Shown: positions 49,801 to 63,040, counted from the whole stretch's first letter. The stretch is 63,489 bases of DNA, filler included, from Octopus bimaculoides (GCF_001194135.2; 4 parts of 3 records of this genome joined end to end with filler, not necessarily neighbours in it); one strand, 5' to 3'. Notes: generated by a model not told the origin, from the letters alone. Numbers and translations are program-made.

Positions 49801-52096
49801 CGTCTGTGTAACGAAGAAACTTCTTTTTAAAAGGTGTTAGTTTTGCATCATCTACATTCATAAAAAGAGTACTCCGGGAATCTAGGTAAGGTGGTCGATC
49901 ATCAACAGGGAAGATTTTAAACACAAAATTATGGAATTGAGATTCATTAGGTGGGTCACCGTTATCCACCAATTTAAATTTCATTTTATCAGTAACAAAA
50001 TCCGAGTGATGGGGTCCAACATGCCGGTAAAATACTTTCCCGTCAAGGATGTCTTGCTGAGTGAATTCCCTCACTGGTTTTTCGTATGCTCCATTGACAA
50101 ACTTCCATCCAGATAAGTCCTCAGAAGGTGTTACCTGAAATTTTCGAAGCAGAAGATGACCTTGTTTTGAAAAAGGAGGTTCCGTGACAAAGCGAATGGC
50201 ACTATCTTCACTGTCTATATCAGATGCACTAAGAACGAATGGTGTGATATCTGCAAGTTCGTTCTTACGTATTTCTAATCCCGTGTTTACAGTTAATGTC
50301 GGGGCCTCGTCATCCAATGCGTAGATAGTAACTGGAAAGAGAAAATCAACTTTATGTGTACCATCAGTCATTCTGAATACTATGTTATCACTGAAGGTAT
50401 CGGAGCCATCGTGATTATAACTAACCTCGTTATTGTCAAGATCCTTCGGAGTAAAATATTTCCTGGGTAAATTGTTTACAAAAATTTGACCATGAGTTGA
50501 TCCTCGAATAACTGTAATAGTAACATCGTTGATATTATCAACATCCGTGATCTGTAAATTATCCGTACTTGACAGCACACCTGACTGGCCTTCCAATAAC
50601 TGGACACCTAAGTTTTTAATAACTACCGGGGCAAGACTGTTCATTTGTCGGACCACCACAGTTAAGTTGATGTCTTTCGAGACTGATTTATCATTGTCTA
50701 TAACTTGTAAAGGGATTTCTATAACTCGACGCTGTTTATCAGAATCTCCAGTTGGAGGTTTGTAAACGATTTTCAGTTTTTTAATATCTTTTTGTCGAAA
50801 AGAATTAATGGGAAGTTCGGGGTCGTCTGTTGATATGAGAAATCCTTTCTCGGCAGCAAGTGGTTCTGTTATATTAAAAATCAGCTGGTCAGCTGGCGTT
50901 TCTGTATCGTAAGCGGCCAAAATTTCCGGTGTGATTGCAGTCATAGCAAACTGGTCAACATCCAGTATTAAGGTACAATCCAAATTAACTTTAGGCGCTG
51001 AGTTCTTTTTACCAGCTCGAATTTTAATCATTTTATGAAAATATTCCTGCTTGACCAATGTCCCGTTTTGGTCAACAACTTCTACTAATAGCGGAACATA
51101 ATCTTTCCTCGGGGATTTACTCCTTGCCGTGTGCTGGTATCTTACGTTCGCCAGAAGAAATTGGTCGCAGTCCATCATTGTCAAAGTTGTAGTATCGTTG
51201 ATTATGCGCCCATACTTGGGCAAACCAGTTGCAGGGCTAAGAACGGTCACTTTACATGTGACTTTGGAAGGGTCATAAGTAAAATGAGTATTACTCCTCG
51301 TGAACGGTTGACTGTAGCTGAGTAAGTTCCGAACCGGGAGTGGTAAATTATTAGTGACAATTTCCAGCGGCTTGAAAGAAAGTTTTATATGTAAAACAAA
51401 AGGAATAATTTTTGTTGCAGTCTCTGTGTCATAACGTATTTGCATTGGGACGTAATCATCCTCGGGGCTGTGACCACCAAAATGGGTGTAAGATACTTGG
51501 TGTGGCTGAAATTGACAAGGAAACCTTACTGGTGTCAACTTTCCGGGCTTATGCGACAAACTGTCCGTTTCTAAAACGCTAATTAGGCAGCGGTCCCCTT
51601 TACCAACATGTAACTGTAAATCGCTGTAAGGATCAATATAAACGGTACGTCCATAATTTACTTCTATACTTTTCTTTTCAATGAAGATCTCGCTCGATTG
51701 TAAAATCCCACTGTCCACTTTACTGACCTGTGCACTGGCCGAGCCAAAGAACAAGGCACTTAACATTGAGATCTGCAATAGTAATAATAACATAGCGGTT
51801 ATCCTGCTCCTTGTTATCGTCGTTGTATAAGTTGTACTTCTGTGCATTGCAGAGAGCAGTGCTAAACTAAACAAGTCCCGTCTCAGTGACGGCACAGATG
51901 TGTGCGATTTGGTAAGTTTGTTCCCGTCAGCTGAAACGGCTGCTGCTGCTGCTGCTGGCGTAGTTATTGTTGATATTGTTACCGCTGCCACCACCTCTGT
52001 TGCTGCTGTTACACTGACTTTGAAAGCACAGTCGGCACTGGCCATGTGACTGTAAGAGTGGGGCAACCATTTGATTGGATTTACCATTGACAACAT
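46822..52096 (-). CDS. FREM2: FRAS1-related extracellular matrix protein 2-like (FREM2/FREM3/sea-urchin ECM3 family), giant first coding exon: signal-like segment, NV domain and about 12 CSPG (cadherin-like) repeats, the last one incomplete
   Basis: Uninterrupted frame of 1758 codons plus 1 nt. Many motifs match FREM2 as I recall it: GDRC..VL, RF.C.F....V.Y.H.G, SP.KDY.P, VDQF..TA.TP..LAA.D, NHHK..Y, CSDGINFSER..FPIVI, DLLT, DVDNKKPV, DG.HSDFYVFPDT. Hydrophobic segment LLLLLQISMLSALFFGSASA. The exon ends at CAAG|GTAAGA (donor begins at 46821); the ORF-track tail 46682-46821 is intron read-through. The true start codon is uncertain (52096, 51847 or 51793). FREM2 versus FREM3 orthology cannot be resolved by eye. 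Confidence 0.93.
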
Positions 52097-52104
52097 TTTG
52101 TAAA

Positions 52105-52151
<47 letters not shown>

Positions 52152-52612
52152 TTCCTCTCTCTCTCACGTTATACTATTTACATACTATTTTACTTCCACT
52201 TTACTTCATCTTCCAGCTCCTCCTTTTCTACCTTCTCTTATCATTGTTGCCGTTGTCAACAAATAACTATATATATATAAAAAAAAAATAATATTATAAC
52301 GAGACAGCGAAAACTCAAGTGTTATGAGGACGAAAGCACTGATTTCAGAGTAAAACTACCGGTCTTTTTCTTTCTCTCTTTNNNNNNNNNNNNNNNNNNN
52401 NNNNNNNNNNNNNNNNNNNNNNNNNNNNNNNNNNNNNNNNNNNNNNNNNNNNNNNNNNNNNNNNNNNNNNNNNNNNNNNNNNNNNNNNNNNNNNNNNNNN
52501 NNNNNNNNNNNNNNNNNNNNNNNNNNNNNNNNNNNNNNNNNNNNNNNNNNNNNNNNNNNNNNNNNNNNNNNNNNNNNNNNNNNNNNNNNNNNNNNNNNNN
52601 NNNNNNNNNNNN

Positions 52613-52647
<35 letters not shown>

Positions 52648-52803
52648 TATATATATATATATATACACAGACGGATACTCTTCAACAAAAAGTTGTGAAA
52701 CTTTCTTACAATGTTTACATCCGTTATTCTATGCTATCACATCGCCAAGTCCAGCACACACGTAACAATAACATGCATTACATTCAAAATGTTCAACTAT
52801 ACG

Positions 52804-52869
<66 letters not shown>

Positions 52870-53052
52870 TAATAATAATAATTATTATTATATGTAAAAA
52901 TTCTAATAACAACAAGAAAAATTCAATGATAATTCATAAAATATACATAAAAACAAATTGTGACTTATATTTCTTACTTGTGTGATACAAATGATTATCG
53001 TGTTATATAAAATTCTTAATATCATCCGTCGTATTGTGTAAACGTGGTAGGG

Positions 53053-53103
<51 letters not shown>

Positions 53104-54610
53104 CGTCGTACGAAAGAGATTTATATCATATATGTATGTATGTATGTATGTATATATTGTATATATTGTATATTTAAAAATTCTGTCTGTTATAACTTGT
53201 TGCATAGGTAGTGATAATTATTATTATTATTGTTGTCGGTATATTATGTTTGTTCTTTAAATCATTTTTCTTTCCCCCTCGTCCTGGTAAAATGAGGGTT
53301 CGCCTGCAGCAGCTAGTAGTTGTAGTAGTAGTAGTAGTAGTAGTAGTAGTAATTGTGGTACATTATTCCTTCCGTTCTTGGCCCTGGCTTGTAGAACTTA
53401 TAATAGTCGTAGCAGTAGTAGTACCAGTAGTTTAAAAGCTGCTGCAGTCCTTATTGAAGTTGTTGCTTGTCGTGATGTTTGTATTCCTTTAAAGGCTCCC
53501 TCTGTCCTACGAGCGTTTACATATCCAAGTTAACCGACGCTTATGGTAAATTCCAAAACTGGTTTTATATATATATACGTATATATATTAGTCAGCTGGT
53601 ACCAATTGGTTACTCCTGTTGGTATTAATAAATGTTGGTGATTTACTTTATATGCTTTTTCCAACCTTGTTTTTTTTTAAGGATTTTTTTTTTTTTTTTT
53701 TAATAAGAAGGGCCAACTTGTATGGAGGGCGTAGCTGAAAATAATTGTTGCTATCGTTGTTATAGTTAGCTTGTAGTTTGATACCACGAAACGACTCGAG
53801 GCTTTTTACCGTTATAATTATTGTTGTTGCTTGCTAATTTCGTAATGTTTTTTTTCTTTTTTTTTTTTAAACTTTTCCTCTGAATGAGTGAGCGTGGTAT
53901 TCATGCGTGTGTGCGTTGGGGGAAGTTCTGAGACCTGCCTACCAAAAGTTATTAATATATATATANNNNNNNNNNNNNNNNNNNNNNNNNNNNNNNNNNN
54001 NNNNNNNNNNNNNNNNNNNNNNNNNNNNNNNNNNNNNNNNNNNNNNNNNNNNNNNNNNNNNNNNNNNNNNNNNNNNNNNNNNNNNNNNNNNNNNNNNNNN
54101 NNNNNNNNNNNNNNNNNNNNNNNNNNNNNNNNNNNNNNNNNNNNNNNNNNNNNNNNNNNNNNNNNNNNNNNNNNNNNNTATATATATACTGTTACATGTG
54201 TTGTTAATGTTGTGTTTAGATGCACGTCTCCTCAATTTAAAGTGTTGTTTGTGATAAAGCCGTATATATATAGACTGTTGCAATTATTAATGTGGTTAAT
54301 TCCCAAAAGAAATTTCTGTCCCGACTAAGCGAGCACTTAAGTCATCATCATCCTATTGTTGTTGCTGTTGCGTGTTATGATTATCGTTATTGCTGTTGTT
54401 GTTGCTGTTGTTGTTGTTGTCGTTTAGTTGCCACTGCTGAAGTTTTGCTTGCTTGCTTGCTTGCTTTTTTGCTCGGAACGGGTTAACATGTTGAAATGAA
54501 ACTGGAGTTGTTAACCGTCCTAACGATTATCATCATTACCGCCGCTGTCGTTAGTCCTACTACAGCTTCTAGAAAGAGGGTAAGAGTGTTAAAACAGGGT
54601 CCCTTAACAC

Positions 54611-54647
<37 letters not shown>

Positions 54648-54699
54648 CAAAAGACAAAAACAAATCAAAACAAAAGCCGACTGTTTGTAGCTTAAAGAA

Positions 54700-54847
54700 A
54701 AAAAAGCAGAGCGAGCGCTAGTTTTGAATGCAAAGTTATTTCAAAGCCGGACAGCGTGTTTCGTCTTCCCCTCCTATATCTTCCCCAGCAATCTAGCAGT
54801 AATAGTAGTAGTAGTAATAATAGCAGCAGTACTACTACTACTACTAC

Positions 54848-54878
<31 letters not shown>

Positions 54879-55355
54879 TAAAGCGTTGCAGCATGTTTAT
54901 GTTATTGTTGTATATCTCCCTCACTCACTTTCTCTCAGTCACACTTTCTTTCTCTCTCTTTCTTTATTCTCACACCCTTTCTCTGCTATATTTATTACCA
55001 TGTTTTCACGACCGGCATCAGACTACCTTTTTTTTTTCGTACCCACATTTTCTTCTTCTTCTTCTTATTATTATTATTATTTTTCTTCTTCTTCTTCTTC
55101 TTCTTCTTCTTCTTCTTCTTCTTCTTCTTCTTCTTCTTCTTCTTCTTCNNNNNNNNNNNNNNNNNNNNNNNNNNNNNNNNNNNNNNNNNNNNNNNNNNNN
55201 NNNNNNNNNNNNNNNNNNNNNNNNNNNNNNNNNNNNNNNNNNNNNNNNNNNNNNNNNNNNNNNNNNNNNNNNNNNNNNNNNNNNNNNNNNNNNNNNNNNN
55301 NNNNNNNNNNNNNNNNNNNNNNNNNNNNNNNNNNNNNNNNNNNNNNNNNTGTCTA

Positions 55356-55388
<33 letters not shown>

Positions 55389-55760
55389 TTCTCTCTTTCT
55401 CTCTCTCTCTCCCGCTCTATTATACTCTCCTTATAAAATATTGCCTTTTATTTATTTATTTATTTATTTATTTGTTTATTTATTTATTATTTTTTGCTTT
55501 CTTTTCATCTCTTTTTCTCCTTTTCTGGGGCTGTTCAGTTGCACGCACGCACGCACATTCACTCTCCCGAACGCACGTCTCGGGAACTGTGCGCGTGTGT
55601 CTGACTGTACAAACCGTGTGTGTGTGTGTGTGTGTGTATGTGTGTGTGTGTGTGTGTGCTTGCTAGATTTCATTCAATTACGCCGCAGCCACCAGTACCA
55701 CTCACAACAGCAACAGCTTTACCGAAGCGAGGGTGCATCAACGCGCGTTCGCTACATTTG
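54700..55760. promoter_or_regulatory. Possible promoter / 5'UTR region upstream of the FREM2-like exon
   Basis: Short CpG-containing non-repeat patches (54705-54790 and 55535-55760) between microsatellites, 2.6-3.6 kb upstream of the ORF start. Compositional inference only. Confidence 0.2.
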
Positions 55761-56029
55761 TCAGGAAATAACAGCTAGATTTCTCTCAAATCACTCATTA
55801 CCATCATAAATGAAAGGAAAGACACATACATCCAAAAAAATAATCTATTTCTTATAAATAACACGGAGAGGTCATAGCTGGAATAATTTTCATCATAAGT
55901 GTCTTTAGTCCGGACTGGCCTAAACAATAACAAAAAAACTGTTCCATTTCAATTCACTTTATCTCTCAAATGAGCCATCAACCTACCTATCTTATCTACT
56001 ACATACATACCTACATACATATCTATCTG

Positions 56030-56101
<72 letters not shown>

Positions 56102-56351
56102 ATGTCATACTATCTTATGTCATACTATCTCTTCATATCTCGACACACTTATACAACTAATTGCCTTTCTCTACATAAATTGTCTCTGTATGTGCGTGTG
56201 TCTCACTTCAACACACACTCTCTCCCCGCCTCTCTCTCTCTTTCTCATCTTCCATCTCTATCTCTTCTACTTTTCCTTCACATTCCCTCTCCGCTCTCTG
56301 TCTATAAATATATATTTTTGTTAGTACATGAATTGCACACAATTATACCAA

Positions 56352-56385
<34 letters not shown>

Positions 56386-56400
56386 AATTCTATCTCTCTG

Positions 56401-56458
<58 letters not shown>

Positions 56459-56625
56459 GATAAGCATAAATGTACGTATGTATGCATGTATAATTATTCA
56501 ATACAAGTATCACGCACACACGCTCGGGCTCGCATATATACAGACACGTTCAATAAACACATGACGGCAGTTCCCCCGAATGGCCTTCGCTATGGTAGTG
56601 AAAACAAACTAAAGAACGAGTGTGT

Positions 56626-56665
<40 letters not shown>

Positions 56666-57035
56666 AAGCGTCCAAAGCTATCAGGATAGCTATACAAATA
56701 TATATATATGTATATATATATAACATATATATATGTATGTTGTCGCCGGCATGCTCGAGTAGGTAGGAATCTTCCTCGGCAATCATTAAGTTCAAGTTTC
56801 CGTCTCACTCGATGACACCTTCAGCTAATTACGCTTAAGAGAATCGGGGTAGCATGTGACTGAAGAATTCTATAATTCAAGGAGTGAATTATTCATTTGA
56901 TCCAACAGCTTCAGTCAGGATCTTCCTACAGGGATCCATTTTACTTTATATAGGACTTTATGTCTATGTCTAACACCTCCCTCTGTCTCTCTCTTTGCCT
57001 CTCTGTCTCTCTCTCTCAGTCTATATCTATATATA

Positions 57036-57066
<31 letters not shown>

Positions 57067-57102
57067 CTGTGTCTGTCTGTCTGTGCGTGCGCGCATACAT
57101 GT

Positions 57103-57152
<50 letters not shown>

Positions 57153-57843
57153 ATAAAACAAATAATAAATGAGTATATGCATATATACGTACAAGCATGC
57201 CCATACCTACATTTACCTGTATATATAGGTGCATATCTGGGCACAGGACNNNNNNNNNNNNNNNNNNNNNNNNNNNNNNNNNNNNNNNNNNNNNNNNNNN
57301 NNNNNNNNNNNNNNNNNNNNNNNNNNNNNNNNNNNNNNNNNNNNNNNNNNNNNNNNNNNNNNNNNNNNNNNNNNNNNNNNNNNNNNNNNNNNNNNNNNNN
57401 NNNNNNNNNNNNNNNNNNNNNNNNNNNNNNNNNNNNNNNNNNNNNNNNNNNNNNNNNNNNNNNNNNNNNNNNNNNNNNNNNNNNNNNNNNNNNNNNNNNN
57501 NNNNNNNNNNNNNNNNNNNNNNNNNNNNNNNNNNNNNNNNNNNNNNNNNNNNNNNNNNNNNNNNNNNNNNNNNNNNNNNNNNNNNNNNNNNNNNNNNNNN
57601 NNNNNNNNNNNNNNNNNNNNNNNNNNNNNNNNNNNNNNNNNNNNNNNNNNNNNNNNNNNNNNNNNNNNNNNNNNNNNNNNNNNNNNNNNNNNNNNNNNNN
57701 NNNNNNNNNNNNNNNNNNNNNNNNNNNNNNNNNNNNNNNNNNNNNNNNNNNNNNNNNNNNNNNNNNNNNNNNNNNNNNNNNNNNNNNNNNNNNNNNNNNN
57801 NNNNNNNNNNNNNNNNNNNNNNNNNNNNNNNNNNNNNNNNNNN

Positions 57844-57879
<36 letters not shown>

Positions 57880-57881
57880 TA

Positions 57882-58259
57882 GGCGCATGAGTGGGTGTGT
57901 AGTAAGAAGCTCGCTTCCCAACCACACGGTTCCGGGTTCAGTCACACTGCTTGACAACTTGGGCAAGTATCTTCTACTGTAGCCTCGGGCCGACCAAACC
58001 CTTCTGAATGGATTTGGTAGATAGAAACTGAAAGAAGCCCGTCGTATATGTATATATTTATGTGAGTGTCTCTGTGTCTGTGTTTGTCCCCCTACCATCG
58101 GTTTGAAAACCGATGCTTGTGTGTTTACGTTCCAGTATCATAGCGGGTCGGCAAAAGGTACCGATAGAATAAGTACTAGGGTTATAATGAATAAGTCCTG
58201 GGCTCAATCTGTTCGACTAAAGGCGGTGCTCCAGCATGGCCGCAGTCAAATGGCTGAAA
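57882..58259 (+). mobile_element. SINE family B (a further partial copy lies at about 58335-58495)
   Basis: Head GGCGCATGAGTGGGTGTGTAG...GGGTTCAGTC and conserved body to CAGCATGGCCGCAGTCAAATG. Confidence 0.85.
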
Positions 58260-58296
58260 NNNNNNNNNNCACACACACACACACACACATATATTG

Positions 58297-58329
<33 letters not shown>

Positions 58330-58534
58330 GATACAGGCATGATTGGGTATGTGCTTAAGAAGCTTAGTCTTCGACCACGTGGTTTCACCTTCAGTCCCAT
58401 TGCGCGGTACCGTTAAGCAAGTCTAAAGTCCCGGGTTGACCAATGCTGTGTCAGTGAATTTGGTAGATGGAAACAATGGAAGTCCGTCGAACATTATACA
58501 TACATACATACATACACACACACGTGTATATGTA

Positions 58535-58579
<45 letters not shown>

Positions 58580-58679
58580 NNNNNNNNNNNNNNNNNNNNN
58601 NNNNNNNNNNNNNNNNNNNNNNNTTAATTAATTAANNNNNNNNNNNNNNNNNNNNNNNNNNNNNNNNNNNNNNNNNNNN

Positions 58680-58713
<34 letters not shown>

Positions 58714-58756
58714 AATGATATATCTATGAGCGAGAATTAAAAAGTAGCAGCACGAC

Positions 58757-59096
58757 ATCGTGAAGTATATTTGCCACCTAAATGTGGCTGACCCATATTG
58801 GACGACGCTACTGTAGTTTATAGCCCCAGGAAGAATCTCCTCCAGCTGGCTAACAACACACTGTCTGTGTCTGATCAGTATTTGCGAAGGGAAATCATAG
58901 TTCCCATCTCTAGCCTGACGTGATACACACCCGAGTCTCTGGCTAGAGATGGGAACGATGATTTCCCTTTGCAAATACTGATCGGACACAGACAGTGTGT
59001 CGCTAGCCAGTTGGAGGAGATGTCTTCCTGGGGCTATAAACTACAGTAGCATCGTCCCATATGGGTCAGCCACATTTAGGTGGCAAATATACTTCA

Positions 59097-59100
<4 letters not shown>
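58757..59100. repeat. Near-perfect hairpin (159/160-bp arms, 25-nt loop)
   Basis: Arms 58757-58915 and 58941-59100 differ by 8 substitutions and 1 indel by my count; (TA)n follows on the right. Confidence 0.95.
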
Positions 59101-59129
<29 letters not shown>

Positions 59130-59699
59130 NNNNNNNNNNNNNNNNNNNNNNNNNNNNNNNNNNNNNNNNNNNNNNNNNNNNNNNNNNNNNNNNNNNNNNN
59201 NNNNNNNNNNNNNNNNNNNNNNNNNNNNNNNNNNNNNNNNNNNNNNNNNNNNNNNNNNNNNNNNNNNNNNNNNNNNNNNNNNNNNNNNNNNNNNNNNNNN
59301 NNNNNNNNNNNNNNNNNNNNNNNNNNNNNNNNNNNNNNNNNNNNNNNNNNNNNNNNNNNNNNNNNNNNNNNNNNNNNNNNNNNNNNNNNNNNNNNNNNNN
59401 NNNNNNNNNNNNNNNNNNNNNNNNNNNNNNNNNNNNNNNNNNNNNNNNNNNNNNNNNNNNNNNNNNNNNNNNNNNNNNNNNNNNNNNNNNNNNNNNNNNN
59501 NNNNNNNNNNNNNNNNNNNNNNNNNNNNNNNNNNNNNNNNNNNNNNNNNNNNNNNNNNNNNNNNNNNNNNNNNNNNNNNNNNNNNNNNNNNNNNNNNNNN
59601 NNNNNNNNNNNNNNNNNNNNNNNNNNNNNNNNNNNNNNNNNNNNNNNNNNNNNNNNNNNNNNNNNNNNNNNNNNNNNNNNNNNNNNNNNNNNNNNNNNN

Positions 59700-59734
<35 letters not shown>

Positions 59735-60974
59735 ATTTCCAGTCATTCACTCTCCTTAACATTCATGTCTTTTTTTCTTCCAGTTTGACTCAGTCTACTT
59801 CCTTTATTATTTCCTTCTACGTGTCCATTTTGTTTTCTTCTGTAATACTTTCCATTCTCCCTTTCTATTTTCTTTTACCCCTCCCCCCTTTTCTTTTCAT
59901 TCTTCTTTTTCTCCTCATCTTTTCCGTTCTTTTCTATTCCCTCATTCTCCTCTTTTCTTCTTTAAATACTTATTTCTTCCGTTTCGTCTTAACGAACATT
60001 CTTTTCCTAACTCCTAACCCTTTGTACTTCTCCTTCTCCACCTCTCTGTTTTTTACTCTTCCTACCACCCATTCTATTTCTCTCCTTTTCTAATCCTATC
60101 TCGACAAACATACTCCTCATTCTCTTCCTCTCTATCTATCTCTCTTTGTCGCTTTGCGTTACCTCAGCTCATGAGTTGTCTTACACCCTGCCCAATGTAA
60201 TCCCTTAAATACAGCAAGAATGCGGCTATCAGTTGTGTGTGGAGGGTATAGGGCTAAACAGGTGACGACAGGTGGTGACAGCTGCTATGACAAATGGCAG
60301 TCTCTATAGCAACAGAAAGGATCGAGATATGCAAGAGAGAGAGGGGGGAGAAAGAGAGAGAGAGAGAACGTAGGCAATATAAGGAACAAAAACCATCATT
60401 GATAAAGGGACAAACAACATACTATGAGCCATTGGTCTACGAAGTTGTTCGATTTACAAGAAATAAGTGCCATATTTCTCACAAACCATACTCTTCGTCT
60501 TTAAAAATGGAAGGGCATATTGGATATGTAGTCTGCCAGAAGAATGAGATGGTCACGGTTAGAATATTTCTGAACAATATTTCGATTAAATTTGATTAGG
60601 AACTACACAATAATAACATTGCATTAATTTGAACTACAAATTTGTTGGAGAATGAGGTGGGAAAATGAATTCGATTGAATTTATTCCAGTGCATAACTGA
60701 TATTGTTTATAAGTAATGATAAACAGCAGAATGAAATAGAATTGAAGAAATAAATAGAAATCTACCCTTACCGCAACTAAGACATAAGTTTATTGTTCGT
60801 GCAGTAAGCTACAAAATTCTTACATTCTCTCGATTTCCAGTAATTCAGACCGCCTCATAACAATTTCCAATAGATGAAAGACAAAGTCAACAGCAACAAA
60901 GTCAGAACTCGAAACAAGATATTCTATTTAAATATTTTTGAGCATTTAGTTCGATACTATATACGTCTCAAATG

Positions 60975-61172
60975 TTGGCAAAAGGCCAGCAATTTCAGAG
61001 GAGGGTTAAGTCGATTACATCGACCCCAGTGCTCAGCCTGTACTTATTTTATCGACCCCGAAGGATGAAAGGCAAAGTCAGTCTTGGCGGTATTTGAACT
61101 CAGAACGTAAGGACCAACGAAATGCCACTAAGCATTTTGCCTGGTATGCAAACGATTCTGTCAGCTCGCTGT
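60975..61172 (-). mobile_element. SINE family A
   Basis: GTCGATTACATCGACCCCAGT...TTTATCGACCCCGAAGGATGAAAGGCAAAGTC...GAACTCAGAACGT. Confidence 0.8.
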
Positions 61173-61297
61173 CTTAGTTCGACACTGTTTTCAGCACATC
61201 ACCCATTTATCGAAGGAGAAAAGTAGCCTGTTATCTGAGACCAATACATGATTGATATACATAGTTTATTATAAAAATGGAATGTCTACCTCTGTAG

Positions 61298-61440
61298 AAA
61301 TTGTATTCAGCAACGAAATTAAATACTTCAAGGCCTTCAATTCAGATTTCTGTCAATGTCCCTTCTTCATTGTCTTGCATTCAACAATCGGGCCCGTGCA
61401 GGATGAGAGTTCTGATGGGCTATGGGTTTGTGATTTTCAA
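61298..61440 (+). CDS. Candidate internal coding exon of an unidentified plus-strand gene
   Basis: Acceptor ctacctctgtag| and donor CAA|gtaaat. Open frame (E)IVFSNEIKYFKAFNSDFCQCPFFIVLHSTIGPVQDESSDGLWVCDFQ, phase 1 in and phase 0 out. No homology recognised. Confidence 0.3.
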
Positions 61441-62429
61441 GTAAATTTCGGTTTGTTAGGGAAGCAAACAAAAGATCCTTAAGTAAAGTATTAACTTTTC
61501 ATAAATGGTTCTAATTCTTTTGTCCTCTCTTATACGCGCGCGCACGTACACACAGACACACACACACAAACACACACACAAACACACACACATACACACA
61601 CACATGTACATATATACCAGTAACCATACTTGCATTGTGTGTATTTAGCACTTATTACTATAATATTTAATTTGATTATCAGTTTAAAATTGGCCCAACG
61701 TTTCACACTTAATCTGGACTTAATACCAGCTTTACATTGGTGAATATAGTTAGATGCTGATTTCAGCCACTTATTAAATGAGCCTTGCTCTACAATTAGA
61801 TATACTGTATTCTTATTCTCGCTCTCTATAATGTTTTTCCCACTCTTCTTTCTCTTTAAAAACGATGTAGTGAATATTGTCTTTGATTACATTGGATTGC
61901 TGTAAAACTTCACTTTTACGTAACGATTGAAGGTTAAATCATTTTTGCACTGCAGATCGGTGAAATACACACGAAACATTAGAACACTTACAATATTTGA
62001 TTTTGTTGTTCACCGTTCTACATTCAGTAGTTAATTTACTATAGTCACTGGAATAAAGATTGCATTTACACATTTGATTCCAATTTGTATAATTTTTCTG
62101 TTAAGTAGCATCTAATTTTCATTTGTATCTTTCATTCGGCTAATAGTATTCACTCACTCATTAAAAAGGCATAACTATAGAAATGTTCCCAAACGACTTT
62201 GCTTTCTCATAATTTGAAGAATGGATATTTTAAAATAAAATTTCCTCCAAATATATTTCTGATGGAGTAGTTTGCGATTATATCGGAATATTCTATCGGA
62301 AGTGGGGAGGGACTTTGGACAGTTCACACNNNNNNNNNNNNNNNNNNNNNNNNNNNNNNNNNNNNNNNNNNNNTTAATTAATTAANNNNNNNNNNNNNNN
62401 NNNNNNNNNNNNNNNNNNNNNNNNNNNNN

Positions 62430-62492
62430 TATACTGGGCTTCGTATATTTTACCCCAGTGTCACTTTGATGGCATGCACTGCTCTCTCACTC
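62430..62492 (+). mobile_element. Terminal fragment of the same repeat family as 6324-6810
   Basis: Reverse complement of about 6324-6385, running into (AAT)n; the rest lies in an N gap. Confidence 0.65.
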
Positions 62493-62534
62493 AATAATAA
62501 TAATAATAATAATAAATAATAAATAATAATAATA

Positions 62535-62582
<48 letters not shown>

Positions 62583-62589
62583 TCAAATT

Positions 62590-62717
62590 TTTGCCATAAG
62601 GGCTGCTTGTGTGGGTGAGGATGAGTCGATTATATCGACCTCAGTGTTCGACTGTTACTTAATTTGTCGATCCCGAAAGGATGAAAGGCAAAGTCGACCA
62701 CGGCGAAATTTTAACTC

Positions 62718-62720
<3 letters not shown>
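62590..62720 (-). mobile_element. SINE family A, partial
   Basis: GTCGATTATATCGACCTCAGT...CCCGAAAGGATGAAAGGCAAAGTCGACC between ATT and AAT runs. Confidence 0.75.
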
Positions 62721-62770
<50 letters not shown>

Positions 62771-63040
62771 CGACCCTACGTGGCATGGTACAAATGGTAC
62801 AATACAGTCTTTTGTCGGTGTTGTTATTGTTGCTGTTGTTATTGTTGCTGTAACTGTTGTTGTTGTTTTTGTTGTCTAATGCCAAGTTAACCTTGATAGA
62901 CCAGATTTTACATCCACGACCATCACGTCTTAAATTTTTTCTCCAAGTATAATTTATGGAGGGTTTCAATGACAAACACGTCTTTCTAAGATGACTTATT
63001 TAATGACGCCCGAAGGACTTCTCGTCTTTTATTTTTGTAG

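Noticed and set aside
51584-51592. KGD tripeptide in the NV domain as an integrin ligand
   Set aside because: Lies in the conserved GDRC motif (PGDRC in human FREM2 as I recall it); no RGD was seen in the exon and there is no evidence of function.
58860-58900. CTGATCA...GAAA inside the 58.8-kb hairpin as a hammerhead
   Set aside because: G8 is missing and there is no stem II or stem I.
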